64,000 nt of DNA from Rebecca billardiae RCC1528. Taxonomy: Eukaryota > Protista > Haptophyta. Shown in pieces: positions 43,672-56,114 of the stretch; position 1 is the first letter of the stretch, and every line of letters begins with the position of its first letter. The translations under genes were made by a program, and so were the position numbers. The notes below the pieces were generated by a model that searched no databases, was not told the origin of the DNA, and was given only the letters and a program-made list of their open reading frames with translations. The DNA lies in the NCBI GenBank assembly GCA_965240325.2, contig OZ251230.1, positions 2,604,001 through 2,668,000 of the forward strand, written 5' to 3'.

Positions 43672-44778
43672 GCGAGGGCCGCGGCCGAGGCCGACGCGCA
43701 GCCTGGCCACGCCGGCCGCGCCGTGCCGCCGCTCAAGCTCGGCGCCCGATCGGTGCGCGGTGCGGGCTCGCGCGCGCCCGGGCGGACGCCGGCGTGTATG
43801 TACAAGTGCTCACTACCTACTTACCCTGACATGCAGCAGCAGATCGCAATCTCCATTCACGGCGTGCGGGCCCACCGATGGCACGATCGGAGGCTGCGAT
43901 CGACGTCTTCTCGGAGCGGACTTACCGTGCCTGATGGTCGCGTGTCCGTCGGTTCGGCATATCAGTGAGACCACCGTCATCCCGGATGAGCTGGCATCCG
44001 CCGATCACGGGCCCGTGTCGCCCGCGGTCTGTCGCCGCGGGCGGTCTTATTATTATGGCAGCTAGCGCAGCGTTATTCGACTCCGAGCGCCGGCAGCAGT
44101 CACGGCACGAGTGGCCGTCGTCGACTGACCGCTGTCGCAGCCAGTGATGGCTGATGCTTATAGTCAGTTCAGTGCTTGACACGGCCGACGGATTGACGGA
44201 CTGTCTCCGCACTCTCCGCCGCCGCACTTCGGGGCGTAGCGGCTGGCGCCTCGCGGGGCTGATGACGATCGTGACGGGCGGCCCCGCCCGGCCGCCCGCC
44301 GGGCCGCGGCTGCCCCGCGGTGGGCCCCGTCGGGCCGCCGTGCCCCGGCGTGGCGCCTGCCCGCGCCGCCGGGGGCCGGGCGTTAAATATTTAGCGCGCG
44401 GCGGCGGCCCCTATCTATGGTCCGCCGCTCGGCTATGCCTATATGATGATCGACGATGAGTTATTCATTCGGAGTGAATCGGCGCAGTCGTCGAGTCGCA
44501 TCATAATATTCATACAGCTGAGCGGCTACTTGTCAGATCAGATGACATCTTCAGTGATACCGGCGGCGGGATTACGGTCTATATATACAGTAGACCCAGG
44601 CTGCACCCCGGGGACACAGGCTCACTACTACCGCTCGGTCAGGGCCGTCCGCGAAGCGCCGCTCCGGGTCAGGCGGCCGTCTGCGCGAAGCAGCAGCTGT
44701 GGCATCGCAGCCTGCCGTCGTGACACCTCATCACACTCCGGATGCTCAGCTCGCCAGCCAGGCGGGCGGCTGGCCGGC

Positions 44779-45370
44779 CTAGTCGGAGGCGAATGACGAC
44801 GTCGACCACTCGACGTCCAAATCGAAGCTGAGTGCCCGTCGCGTGCAGGAACTGAGGCCGACTGAACAGTTTGCGTCCGCGGTCGACGCGTGAGGCTCGC
44901 GCGCGTGGCGCGCGTCACGCGCACTGCTGCAGGCGCTCGCAGAGCATCTGGTGCCAGTAGTGCCCCACCTCGATGTCGCTCGGCTCGGCGCCGCCCTGCG
45001 CCGCCCAGCGCGCGCATCGCTCGCGCGCCACTTGCTCATTGAGCAGCTGCAGCGACGGCAGGTGGCGCTTCAGCCGCATCTGCTCGGCGCAGACGACACA
45101 CCGACGGCCGGCCGCGGAGCGGCAGCGGCAGCACCGGCGCGAGCTCGAGCCCGAGCAGTGGTGGCCGCACAGGCAGATGCTCGCCTGCTCGAGCAGGCTG
45201 ACGCGGAAGCGCCGCCGGCAGTCGTCCAGCCACGAGTGCGCGTACGCGCGGAAGCGCGTGCACGTGCTGCTGAAGGCGACGACGGTGGCGGGCTCGTCCA
45301 TGTGGTCGAGCACCAGCCGCCACGCGTCGTCGTCGAGCTGCGACGAGTGCGGCTCGGCGCAGTGCACCAT
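44779..45370 (-). CDS. F-box-like, Cys-rich small protein (3' structure uncertain)
   Basis: SQLDDDAWRLVLDHM...VAFSSTCTRFR resembles an F-box. The frame stops at 44915 unless a probable GTGCGC intron from ~44923 leads to a last exon ending at 44779. Confidence 0.5.
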
Positions 45371-45489
45371 CCTGCCCGCGAAGCGGCACGCTTGCACCTG
45401 CCCGGGCGGCGCCGGAGCGGGCTGGGACCGCCCGCTGCAGCCGAGCGGGCGCCTCGGCTCTGTGGTGACTGACGAAGCGGTGGTCGGTG

Positions 45490-45726
45490 CAAGGGGCTTA
45501 CAAAATACCACTGGGGGCGAAAGCGCCAGTGAGGAGCCCCGTCGGATGCGATGTACATGAGACGGACAGCGTCCGGACTCCGGTCAGCGGAAAACACTGT
45601 GCGAGAAGTTTGAATTCGGCCAAAGCACAGTGTTTTCCGCTGACCGGAGTCCGGACGCTGTCCGTCTCATGTACATCGCATCCGACGACTGTGTTTCGCC
45701 CCCAGTGGTATTTTGTAAGCCCCTTG
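45490..45726. mobile_element. 237-bp MITE, almost fully palindromic, with 7-bp TSD GTCGGTG
   Basis: Perfect 33-bp TIRs (45490-45522 / 45694-45726, starting CAAGGGG) and perfect 63-bp inner arms (45540-45602 / 45625-45687). gtcggtg at 45483-45489 and 45727-45733. Confidence 0.93.
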
Positions 45727-45838
45727 GTCGGTGGACGGCCTGCGCAGGCGGGGCGGTCCGGTGGGTGCAGGCGTTCCCGGACTGCGCCGGAGCGCCCGGC
45801 CAAAACTGGAGGCCCACCGCGTGCCCGTGCGCGGCGCG

Positions 45839-46547
45839 ATGCCGCCGTACGACAGCGGGCTGGACGAGCTGTACAAGCAGGTGCTCACGTGGGACGTGTT
45901 CGACATCGTGCAGGGCGCGCAGCTCTACGCGCTCAAGAAGGTCACGCCCACCTACGCCTCCGTCGACGCGTACCTCGACGCGTTTGAACCTCTGCTGCTC
46001 GAGGAGTGCCGCGCGCAGGTCGAGCGCTCGCGGCAGGACGAGGGGCTCGAGTCGCACGAGCTGCACCTGAGCTCGGTGGAGAAGCGGGGCGCGTTCCTCC
46101 ACGCCCAGTTTGCCCCGCCGAGCGAGACCGCCGCGCGCGCCGGGGGCCGCGCGGGCGAGGGCGCGGGCGTGACGACACTTCGACCGCCGACCACGCTGAT
46201 CGGTACGCCCGCGCCGCCGCGGCCGGCGGGCGCGGCGGGCGGCGGCGAGGGCGCGGGCGCGGCGGCGCCGCCGCCCGTGCCGCCTTTCGCCTCCTCCGTC
46301 ATCATCACGCAGAGCGCCGACCTCGACGAGGAGGAGGAGGCGCGCGAGCAGGCGGCGGCGCGCTCGGCGGCGGCGGCGCGCGGCGAGGAGCTACCACCGG
46401 AGCCGCCGGCGGGCGGCGGCGCGCTGGGCGCCGCGGCTGTGATCCCGGCGCCCATGAGCGTGCACGCCGATGCGGGAGCCACGCCCAACGGCGCTGGCGC
46501 CGCGAGCGCGAGCGCGAGCGGCGTGGCGGGCGGCGGCCGGGGCGGCG

Positions 46548-46582
<35 letters not shown>

Positions 46583-46976
46583 AGCGGTGGCAGTGGAGGC
46601 GGCGGCAGCGGCGGCGGCAGCGGCGCCGTTCGTCTGTTCTACAACGCCGACCTGGTGCTCATCTCGGCGGAGCCGTTCGAGGCGAGCCGGCCGGTGGAGG
46701 AGGCGCCGACGGCGGGCGCGGCGGAGGCCGCCGACGGGCACGACGCGGAGGAGGAGGAGGAGGATGGCGGTGAGGCGGAGGCGGAGGCGGAGGCGGAGGC
46801 GGAGGCGGAGGCGGAGGGCGGGGGCGGGGGCGGGGGCGGGGGCGGGGGCGGGGGCGGGGCAGGCGATGGCGACGCGCGGCCGGCGGCGATGGATGCGGCG
46901 GATGCGGCGGAGGTAGAGGACGACGATGACGACGACGCGGACGAGGACGAGGGCGAGGGCGAGGGCGAGGGTGGCA

Positions 46977-47020
<44 letters not shown>

Positions 47021-48067
47021 GGCGGCGGCGAGGCCGGCGACGACGACGACGCCGACGCCGACGACGCTGTGGAGCGCTCGGCCGCGCGCGTCGCGGCGGA
47101 CGCGGCGCTCGGCGCGTCGGAGGCGGCGGCGCGGCGCAAGGTGCTCGACGACGCGCGGCGGCGGCAGTCGAGCGTCGCGTTCAAGCGGCAGCGCTTCCAC
47201 GCGCTCGGCCTCGTGCACCGCTCCCCACCGGGTGGGTCGCTGACTGTGCTCCTGTACTTGCCCACCGAGCCGCCGTCGAGCGGCAGCGTGGCCGCGCCGA
47301 AGCGGCTGGCGGAGATGGCGGCGGTGATGGGCTCGCTCGTCGGGGCGACGGCGGGCGGCGCGTGCGTGGACGAGCGCGGCGGCGGCGCGGAGAAGGCGGG
47401 CCGCGCCGGGCCGTCCGAGCCCAACAACCGACGGTGGCACGTGCGCAAGTTGGGCAATTTAATTACGATTAATCGCGAGTGGCAGGCGCTGCAGCACCTC
47501 GCGGACTCGCCGCTCGCGCCGCTGCTGCTCGCGCCGCTGCGCGCGCCGCGCGCGGTGCCGCGGCTCCGCGTGCCGCCCGGCCTCCTCTCGTACATCCGCA
47601 ACCCCGCTCACTTCAACAAGTCGCAGCGGGAGGCGCTCCATGGCGCGCTCAAGCAGCGCGGCGTGACGCTCATCCAAGGCCCGCCCGGCACGGGCAAGAC
47701 GGCGACGATCCTCGGGCTGCTGGCCGTGCTGCTGCACGCGCGGCCGCGCTCGTCCGCGGCGACGGCGGAGGCGCTGCGCGGCGGCAGTGGCGGCGCCGGC
47801 GGGAGCGCCGGTGGCCGGGGCGGCGACGCCGCCGCCGCCGCCGGCGGGCGCGGCGGCGGGCGCGGCGGCGGCGGCGCCGAGCGCGCGGACGGCCGCGGCA
47901 GCGCGGCTCGCTCGGCGCGCGCCGAGCCGCCGCGGCGTGAGGCGGAGGCCGCCGCGGCGGCCGCCGCCGCCGCCGCGGCCGAGGCGCGTGCGCGCGAGCG
48001 GCTGGCCGTGGCGCGCGTGTCCATGCCGTGGCTCGGCGCCCCGCCGCCGCGGCCGTCGGAGCGATGC

Positions 48068-48104
<37 letters not shown>

Positions 48105-50251
48105 GCGCCGAGGGCGCGCCGGCGGCGGCGGCGGCGACGGCGGGCGCGGGCGGCGGCGGCGGCGCCGCCGAGCCGAGCTACTACCCGCGCGCCGAGGGCA
48201 GCGAGCAGCACGTCTGGCTGGGCGGGCCGGCGGACGACGCGTTCGGCGCGAGCGCCGCCAGCGCGGGGCTCGCTGGCGTCGCCGGCCTCGTCAGCTCGGG
48301 CGCGCGCGGCGCGCGCTCGCGCTCGCGCGAGCGCGCGGCGCGCGTGCTCGTTTGCACGCCCTCCAACGCCGCGATTGACGAGATCGTGCGCCGGCTGCTG
48401 AGCGCGGGGATCCGCGACTCGGACGGGCAGCCGTTCACGCCGGACGTGGTGCGCGTCGGGCCCAACTTCTCCGCCGACGTCGCCGCCGTCTCGCTCGAGG
48501 CGCTCGCGCAGCGCCGGGTACGCGAGGCCGAGGCGGCGGGCGGTGAGCGCGGAGCTCCGCTGTCGCTCGCCGAGGCGCGCGTGCGCGTGCTGGACGCGGC
48601 GTCGATCGTCGCGACGACGCTCTCGTGCGCGGGGTACACGATCTTCGCGCAGCTGCGCCGCGGCTTCGACACCGTCCTCGTCGACGAGGCCGCGCAGGTG
48701 CGCGCGCCCACCGCGCCCGCCGCGGGCGGCGGGCGGTGGTGGCGTGCGCCCGCGCCGCGCGGCGCCGCGGGCGCTTCCAGTTGCGCCCTCAGCCGCGCGC
48801 GCGCTCACCCGTGCCGCGCCGCCGCGCACCGCGCCGCCGCGCGCATGTGCGGGCTCAGGCGGTGGAGGTGTCGACGCTCATCCCGCTCTCCGCCGCGTGC
48901 GAGCGCCTGCTCCTCGTCGGCGACCCCCGCCAGCTCCCTGCGACCGTCTTCTCCGCCCACGCCGCTGAGCAGGGCTACGAGCAGTCGCTGTTTTTGCGGC
49001 TGCAGCTTGCGGGCCACCACAGCCACATGCTCAGGACGCAGTACCGGATGCACCCGGCCATCTCGCACTTCCCCGCGCGGGTGCGTGCGCGCGCACGCGC
49101 GCACCGCTGTGCTGCGCGCTCGGTGCACGCACGTGCCCGCCCGCCCAGATCGCGGTCGCGCCGCGCCGCCGCGCGACCGCGCGTGCCACGTGCGCCGACG
49201 CGCGCGACGGCCACGCCCGCCCGCCCGTCGGCCGACCGATCGAATGCGCGCGACGCGACGGCACGGGCAGGCGTTCTACCACCGGCAGATCTCGGACAGC
49301 GCGACGGTGCAGGGCGACCGCCGCGCGTGCGCGCTGCACGCCCGCCGCCTCTTCTCACCATACACATTTGTCGACGTCGCCGACGGCCGCGCCGAGCGCA
49401 CGCAGAGCGCTTCGTGGCGTAACGAGACGGAGGCGCGGCTGTGCCTGCTGCTGTACCGCACGCTGCTCGAGGCGGAGCCGGAGCTGGTGGGCCCGGGCGG
49501 GAGCAACGTGGGCATCGTCACGCCGTACAACGGGCAGGTCCGGCTCATCCGGGAGACGCTGCGCGCCGAGCTCGGGCCGGAGCACACGAGACTGCTGGAC
49601 GTGCACACGGTCGACGGCTTCCAGGGGCGTGAGAAGGAAATTATTTTGCTGTCGTGCGTGCGCACGGGGCACGAGTCGGCGCGCGGCGGGATCGGGTTCC
49701 TCGCGGACCAGCGCCGGCTGAACGTGGCGATCACGCGCGCGCGGCGGATGCTCATCGTGCTCGGCAACGCGCGCGTGCTCGCCACCGACGCCCTCTGGCG
49801 CTCCATGCTCCGCGACGCGCGCGCGCGCGGCGCACTCATCAAGGCGAGCGCGCCGCTCGGCCGGTGGTACGCGCACGCGAGCACGCAGCTGGCGAGCGCG
49901 CGGCCCGCGGGGGGCGGCGCGCAGCGGACGCGGCGCGGCCGGAGGCCGTGGGCGCGCGAGGCGCGCAAGCCGCCGCGCGGCGGCGCGGCCGGCGGCGCGG
50001 CCGGCGCGGACGCGCGCGCGCAGCCGCCGTCGGCGCGCAAGCGCGCGCGCTCGGCGCCGGGCGCGGGCGCGCAGCCGCCGCGGCCAGAGGCCGGCGGCGC
50101 GGAGACCAAGGCGGCGCCCGCGCGCGCGCGCGCGCGGCGCGGTGCAGGCGCCGAGGCCGCGGGCGCCGCCGCGGAGCCCGCCTCGCCGCCAGCGCGCGGC
50201 GGCGCCGCCAAGCGCACGCGCACGACGCGCGGCGGCGGCGGCCGGCCCTGA
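45839..50251 (+). CDS. SEN1/senataxin-like (Upf1-family SF1) helicase; introns 48698-48858 and 49081-49270
   Basis: YLDAFEPLLLEECRAQ, LIQGPPGTGKT, VCTPSNAAIDE, DEAAQ|AVE, VGDPRQLPAT, QYRMHP, IVTPYNGQ, TVDGFQGREKE, RRLNVAITRAR. Confidence 0.92.
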
Positions 50252-50574
50252 GTGCGCCGCCCGGGCGCACGGCGCGCGGCGCGCTCGGCCGCCATCGACT
50301 CGCGGCAAGGAAGGCTGTCGCTGCTTGCTGCGCCCGCCCGTCGGCCGCGGTCGCAAGCATGCGTTTATACACTACACACTAGCTAGTGAAGCTGCCATCG
50401 TGATTCTTGGCCTCGACGCTGCGAGACCAGCTCTTCCGCAAGACGCAAGCAACAAGTCGGCGTGGCGCCCGAGCCGCCATCGCTGCTGGGCCGCGACCAG
50501 CGCTTCGTCTGATCGAGGCGTGCCGCCGCGCACGTCTGCGCGGGCGCGAGGCGGGGTCCGCGTGCCTGGGCGCG

Positions 50575-51115
50575 ATGATCCAGTTCATCCTGCTGCAGAA
50601 CAGACAAGGCAAGACGCGCCTCTCCAAGTACTACCGCCCGTACACCGACGACGAGAAGCACAAGATCGAGGGCGAGATCCACAGGCTGGTCACCGGCCGC
50701 GACTCCAAGTTCACCAACTTTGTGGAGGTGCGCCGCGGCGGCTGCGCGGCTGCGCGTGAGGCGGCCATCGAGCCGGGCGCTCGTCAACGCCCGCCGCCGC
50801 CGCCCGCTCCTGCCACACGCGCCGCGCGCGCGCGCGCAGTTCCGGCAGCACAAGCTGATATACCGGCGGTACGCTGGCCTGTTCTTCACGCTCTGCGTCG
50901 ACACGAGCGACAACGAGCTGGCCTTCTTCGAGTCGATCCATCTGTTCGTCGAGGTGCTCGACCAGTTCTTCGGCAACGTGTGCGAGCTCGACCTCGTCTT
51001 CAACTTCTACAAGGTGTACATGATCCTGGACGAGTTCTTCCTGGCGGGCGAGGTGCAGGAGACGTCCAAGGCGACCATCCTGCGGCGCGTGCAGGAGCTG
51101 GACAAGCTCGAGTGA
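50575..51115 (+). CDS. AP2S1: AP-2 adaptor complex sigma subunit; intron 50728-50839
   Basis: [20 protein letters not shown]...TNFVE|[16 protein letters not shown]...[32 protein letters not shown]. Confidence 0.96.
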
Positions 51116-52031
51116 GGCAGGCGCCGCGCGCGCGGCGAGCGCCGCACGCGCTGTGGTTGACGTCACCGGCGCCGCGGAGCAGCCGCCTAGGCGAGAATGC
51201 AGCCGTACGCGTCCGCGGTCACGCCGGTCGGCTGACTGACCGCACCGGTCCATCGGGCCTCGGGCGGGCTCGGGGGCGTGAGCGGTCCCGGCGGCGGCGG
51301 GCCGTCTCAGAGCGTCACGGGGCCCGCCGGGTCTGGCCGGTAGCCTGGACGAGTTCTATAGGTCTATCGATCTATATCAGATACGGTATCGGCAGACATG
51401 CCGCGGATGATGATGAGTGAGACGCGGTCCGGCGGCTGCCAGGCGGGCCGAGTGGCTCCGGAGTCGCCCGCCCGGCCCTGGCGACAGCATCAGCGATTCA
51501 GCGGCGCCCGACATCTCACTAGATGACATCTGCCAGCCCCGCCGAGTCCGCGACGACTCTCGGCAGACCCACTCGGCTCCGACCGGTCCGCGCGTCCGAC
51601 GACGGCCGAGCCGCGCGAGTACTGGCTCCGAGACGCGGGCCCGCGCGCGGCGGCGCCGGAGTGCCAATCCTGGCCCGACGACTCCCTGGACGAGCCGCCC
51701 TGCGCTGGCAGGTCCGACTGACTCCGAAGTCCTTCGAGTTGATGCATGAGTGGCTGGCATCACTGCCGGACGAACTGCCGCCGCCGCCGGCCCCGGGGCC
51801 GCCGGGCCGGGCCGGCCCGCGCTCGCGACTACTCAGAGTACAGACTGTGTCCCTGCCGGGTCTATCAGCTGTCGCCGTCGGCGGCACTCGGGCTCCGCGG
51901 CGGCTGGACGTCGCTGAGAGGCCCAGGCTGCGCCACGGCTCGCGCGCGCCGGAGGGGCGCCGCCGGCCCGCGCCGCGTGGCAGCACGGGCCGCGTGCCCG
52001 CGCCGTCTGCATGTCCGCCTGCCCGAGCGCG

Positions 52032-53009
52032 TCAGGCCTTGCTCGAGCTCACGTCTGCAGCGGCGCGCGGCGGCGGCGCAGAGAGGCAGCCGCCGCCGGG
52101 CACGGGCAGCAGCAGGTGCATGCTGAAGCGCACGAGCGCGGCGACCCAGCAGCACGAGTACCCGATGTACCCCGGCCCCGCCGCGTACCCCGTGCCCAGG
52201 TCCGCGTGGTCCACCATCGCCACCGTGCAGTTGTTGCCGAAAGCGCTCAGCGCTGAGCCGAGGCTGAGCAGCCCGAAAAAGTCCGGCACGATGCCGATGA
52301 TCTTCTGGAAGTTGGAGTCGGCGCGCTTGCGGATGCGCGTGAGGCAGCCGGCCAGCGCGAAGAGCAGCGTGATGCACGTGACGAACGCGCCGAACTGGTT
52401 CGCCACCGCCTGCTCCGAGCAGCGCACGAGCGTGTCGCACGGGTAGCCGAATGGCAGGTCGCCCGCCGCGCCCGCGCACCGGCGGTTGACGTCCTCCCAC
52501 GCCCAGTCCTGCGAGGAGCAGCCGGACCACGTGAGCGGATCCTCATCCGTCGGCGCGTCCGAGCAGTGCGAGATCACCAGCGTGCGCAGCCCGACGTACA
52601 CGATCGTGCCGGTGCCGCCGTCAGTCGTGAGCCAGCCGAGCGCCCACGCGGTCGCCTGCGAGATTCTGGTGTTGGGGCTGAGCGAGAAGCAGCCCCACGT
52701 GGTGACCACCATCGAGAAGACCGTCGCCGCCAGCGCCGTCCCCATCAGCGCCTTGCGCTCGCGGTCCGCCGCGCGCAGGCCGCAGTTGCCGATCGCGCCG
52801 ACGCACGCGTTGTCGTTCAGAAATCGGTTCTTGCGCGCAAAGACCCAGGAGAGGACGGGGACGGGGGGGACGCCCTCGTCGTACCAGAAGGCGGGGCAGC
52901 ACACCTCCTCGTCCGGGCAGCCGCACCGGTCGCACCCGTCCCTCTCGCCCGCGACGTCCGAGACGCTGCGCACGCCGAGGCGCTCGTCGCTGCTGTTGCG
53001 CGCGGCCAT
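52032..53009 (-). CDS. Hypothetical ~4-TM membrane protein with Cys-rich N-terminus
   Basis: GC3-biased ORF with hydrophobic helices (ALAATVFSMVVTTWGCF, AFVTCITLLFALAGCL, FFGLLSLGSAL, CCWVAALVRFSMHLLL). Confidence 0.75.
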   Translation of the reverse strand: MAARNSSDERLGVRSVSDVAGERDGCDRCGCPDEEVCCPAFWYDEGVPPVPVLSWVFARKNRFLNDNACVGAIGNCGLRAADRERKALMGTALAATVFSMVVTTWGCFSLSPNTRISQATAWALGWLTTDGGTGTIVYVGLRTLVISHCSDAPTDEDPLTWSGCSSQDWAWEDVNRRCAGAAGDLPFGYPCDTLVRCSEQAVANQFGAFVTCITLLFALAGCLTRIRKRADSNFQKIIGIVPDFFGLLSLGSALSAFGNNCTVAMVDHADLGTGYAAGPGYIGYSCCWVAALVRFSMHLLLPVPGGGCLSAPPPRAAADVSSSKA

Positions 53010-53188
53010 GGCGGGGCCAATCTGGCGGCTCGCTTTTCATTCGATGACCGAGGAAGGGCCGAAGGGGTCGAAGGTCTGGAAACGTTGCAGAAGTCGTTAC
53101 ATCGTCTACTTGTTGGGCCCCGTTTGCCTGCGCTGCTTTGCGGTTGCTCAGCGGTCAGCACTCAGCACGTCTTGGCGCGGATTTCAGC

Positions 53189-55916
53189 ATGGGGGATCGC
53201 TCCACCGGCCGCGAGCAGGTGGCCGCCGAGGCGGAGCGGCTGCTCGTGACGGCGGAGCGGCTCTCGCAGCGCCGCGGCGGGGTGGAGATCGAGGACGCCG
53301 CCCTCCGCGGAATCTCCCTCGTCCAGCTCGAGCGGCTCAACCGCATCGCCAGCGTGCAGTGCGCGCGCGACGGCTGGGCGTCCGCCGTCACGTCCGACAC
53401 GCTCGGCGCGGACGCGCTCGACGTGTACGACCTGCTGCAGCACCTGATCGGGCCGGCGACGAGCGAGCGGGGGTGCTCGCTTGTCGAGCTCATCGCCGAC
53501 GACGCGTCCGCCCAGGCGCCGCGCTTCTACGTCAGCCACTGGTTCGGGCTGCCGCTGCACCAGCTGCTCAAGTGCCTGCGCACGCACGCCGCCGACCACA
53601 AGCTCGAGCCGGCGCGCACGTTCTACTGGCTCGCGTTCGCCGCGCTGCGGCCGGACGAGGTGGCCGCCTCGCGCGGCCCCGACGCGCCCGCCGAGCTCGA
53701 GGCGCACCCCTTCCACCGCGCGCTGCGCGCGTGCGAGTCAATGCTCTGCCTGGTAGATACGGGCGGGCTCAGCCTTGGTCGGCTCTGGCCGCTGCTCGAG
53801 CTGCGCCTCGCGCTGGCGGGGCGCGGCGGCGGGTTCGGGCTGGACATCTACGCGCCGGTGCCCGGCCGCTGGGACGCCCCCGCCGTCGGCCTCGTCGACG
53901 GCGTCCCCCGCTCCGACAAGGCCGTGATGGCCAAGCAGCTGCGCGAGCACTACTTTCCGCGCGCGCTCGTCGAGTGCGCGCGCGCCGTGTCGGTGTCGCG
54001 CGCGGAGGCGAGCGAGCTGGCGGAGCGGCTGCGGCTGCGCGCGGCGGTGGCGGAGCACGAGGCGAGCGTGGACAAGGCGATCGGCGCGCGCTTCTCCGCC
54101 GCGCGCCTGCCCCTCCTCCTCGAGCGCGGCACGCACACCGGCGCGAACCCGATCGAGGTGGGCAGGGAGCTTGCGCGCACGCTCGAGGCGGTGGCTGACG
54201 CGGCGCTGCCGTCGCTCACGGTGCTGTGCGTGCGCCCGCCGCGGCCGGCGGTGGTGAGCAAGCTGGGCAGCGCGCTGCCCGCCGCGCACGCCCTCGAGGC
54301 GCTCAACCTCAAGGCGCTCGGCGCGCCCGTCATCCCGGGCGTGGTGCGGCTGCTGGGCGCGGACGACTGCGCGCTGCAGCATCTCGACCTCAGGTGCGTA
54401 ACGGCCGCGCAACGGCCGCGTAACGGCGGCGTAACGGCGGCGTGACGGCGGTGTGGCGTGTGTGTGACGGCGGCGTGGCGCCTGTGTGCGCAGCGTGCAG
54501 GGCTGTGTGGGCCGCGTGCGCGCATGCCTGTGCGCCGTGGCTGTGTGCGCATGCGTGCGCGCGTGTGTGCGCGCGCGCGTGCGCGCGTGCGTGCCGCGGC
54601 GCGCGGGCCGCGCGGGCGCCGGCCGTTGGCGCCGCGCCGAGGCGCGGGGCGTCGGCGTCGTCCCTCTAGCCGCCGTGACCGCGCTGTGCCGGCCGTCGCC
54701 CTGCCCGCCCCGCGCAGGGCGAACCAGCTCGACGCGCAGTGCGGCACCGAGCTCGCCGAGGCGCTCCGCTCCAACCGCACGCTCCGCACGCTGCGCGTCG
54801 GGTGCGCGCCGCGCCCGCGGCCGCTTGCGCGCGCGCGCGCGAAAGCGCGTGCGCGCGTGCGCTGCGCGCCGTGCGCCATGGTGCGGGCCGGCGTGCGCTC
54901 ACGCGCGGCTCGTGGAGCGCGTGCGGCGCGGCGCGTGCTGCGTCCGTGCCGCAGGGACAACAAGCTCGGCGAGGGCGGGCACGCGATCTGCGAGGCGCTA
55001 CGCTCGAACTATTCGCTTCGTCTCCTCGCCATCGAGTGCGCGCACACGCGTCCGCGATCTCGGGCGAGATCGCGATCTCGAGCGAGATCGCGATCTCGGG
55101 CGATCCCGCGCCCGCGCGCGCCCGGCACCCGGCACGGGACGCGCACGGCGCGCGCGATCTCGCGCGTGCTGGTGTGAAGGGATGGCGGCGACGCTCGGGA
55201 CAGTGCCGCCCGCACGCGTGAGGCCGGTGCCAGGCGCGGCTGCCGGGCTGCTGGTCGGCTCTGGGAGCCGGACTGCGGGAGCCGGACTGCGCGCAGCACC
55301 GGACACGCGCCGCGATGCGCACGGCGCGCGCGGGCGAGGGGGCGGCGCGATGCGCTCACGCGCTCGCGCCCCGCGCGCGCACGGCTCGGCGCGACCCCGG
55401 CCGGCCGCCGTGCGCCGCGCGCCGCCAGCCGCAACGGGCTCACCTCCGAGTGCGGCGAGGTGCTCGGCCGATCGCTGCGGCACAACTCGAGCCTCACCGA
55501 GATCGATATCTCGCACAACGAGCTCGGCGAGTTTGGCGGCACCGGCGTCGCGATGGGCCTCTGCCTCAACTCGTGCGTGGCCAAGCTGGACATCGGGTGC
55601 GTGGGCCGCGGGGCGCGGGCGGCGTGGGCGGGGGCGAGGGCGAGTCTCCGCGGCGGCGTGCCGCGGCCGCGCCGCCGCGCCGCGCGGGCGTGACTCGCTG
55701 ACAGCCCGCTCCGCTCGCGCCACCCCAACGCCCTGCCGCCCCGCGCTGCGTGCGGCATGCCGCGCGTGGGGCGCACCGTGCCTCCATGCACGCAGCTCGA
55801 ACCAGCTCGGGCACAAGGTGGAGGAGGAGCTGCGCAGCGCGTGGCAGTGGCAGCTGATCGGCAAGCAGCCGCCGCAGGGCGCGCGGCCGGTGCGGCCAAT
55901 TGGGCTGCACATCTGA
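53189..55916 (+). CDS. Protein with an N-terminal HET/TIR-like algal domain and C-terminal RI-like LRRs; exons 53189-54393, 54718-54801, 54955-55035, 55429-55596, 55796-55916
   Basis: N-terminal RGISL..L, IGPAT, CSLVEL, FYVSHWFG, FYWLAFAA, PFHRAL, RLWPLLE. Four phase-2 GT-AG introns join 28-aa LRRs (NQLDAQCGTELAEALRSNRTLRTLRVG, NKLGEGGHAICEALRSNYSLRLLAI, NGLTSECGEVLGRSLRHNSSLTEIDISHNELG). Confidence 0.8.
55065..55098. repeat. Tandem palindromes CGAGATCGCGATCTCG in an intron
   Basis: Perfect 16-bp palindromes at 55065-55080 and 55083-55098, plus partial flanking copies. Confidence 0.85.
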
Positions 55917-56114
55917 GCAGATCCGGACGACTACGACGCGTACTGCTAGTAGTGATGCTGCTGCTGCTATACGTACTATATATATATATATATATATACT
56001 GATGAGCATGCAAATTGCTACGATACGTACGCGCGACTGAGTAGGCCGCGCGACACGACTCTGACTCTGTCGACTGCTGCGCGCCGCTATGCGATGATAT
56101 ATGCTGATGGTTAT

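Noticed and set aside
45731-50251. 1506-aa uninterrupted helicase ORF
   Set aside because: It reads through two introns and one exon out of frame (161+222+190 = 573 nt, a multiple of 3). The GDPRQLP and QYRMHP motifs are in another frame and need splicing.
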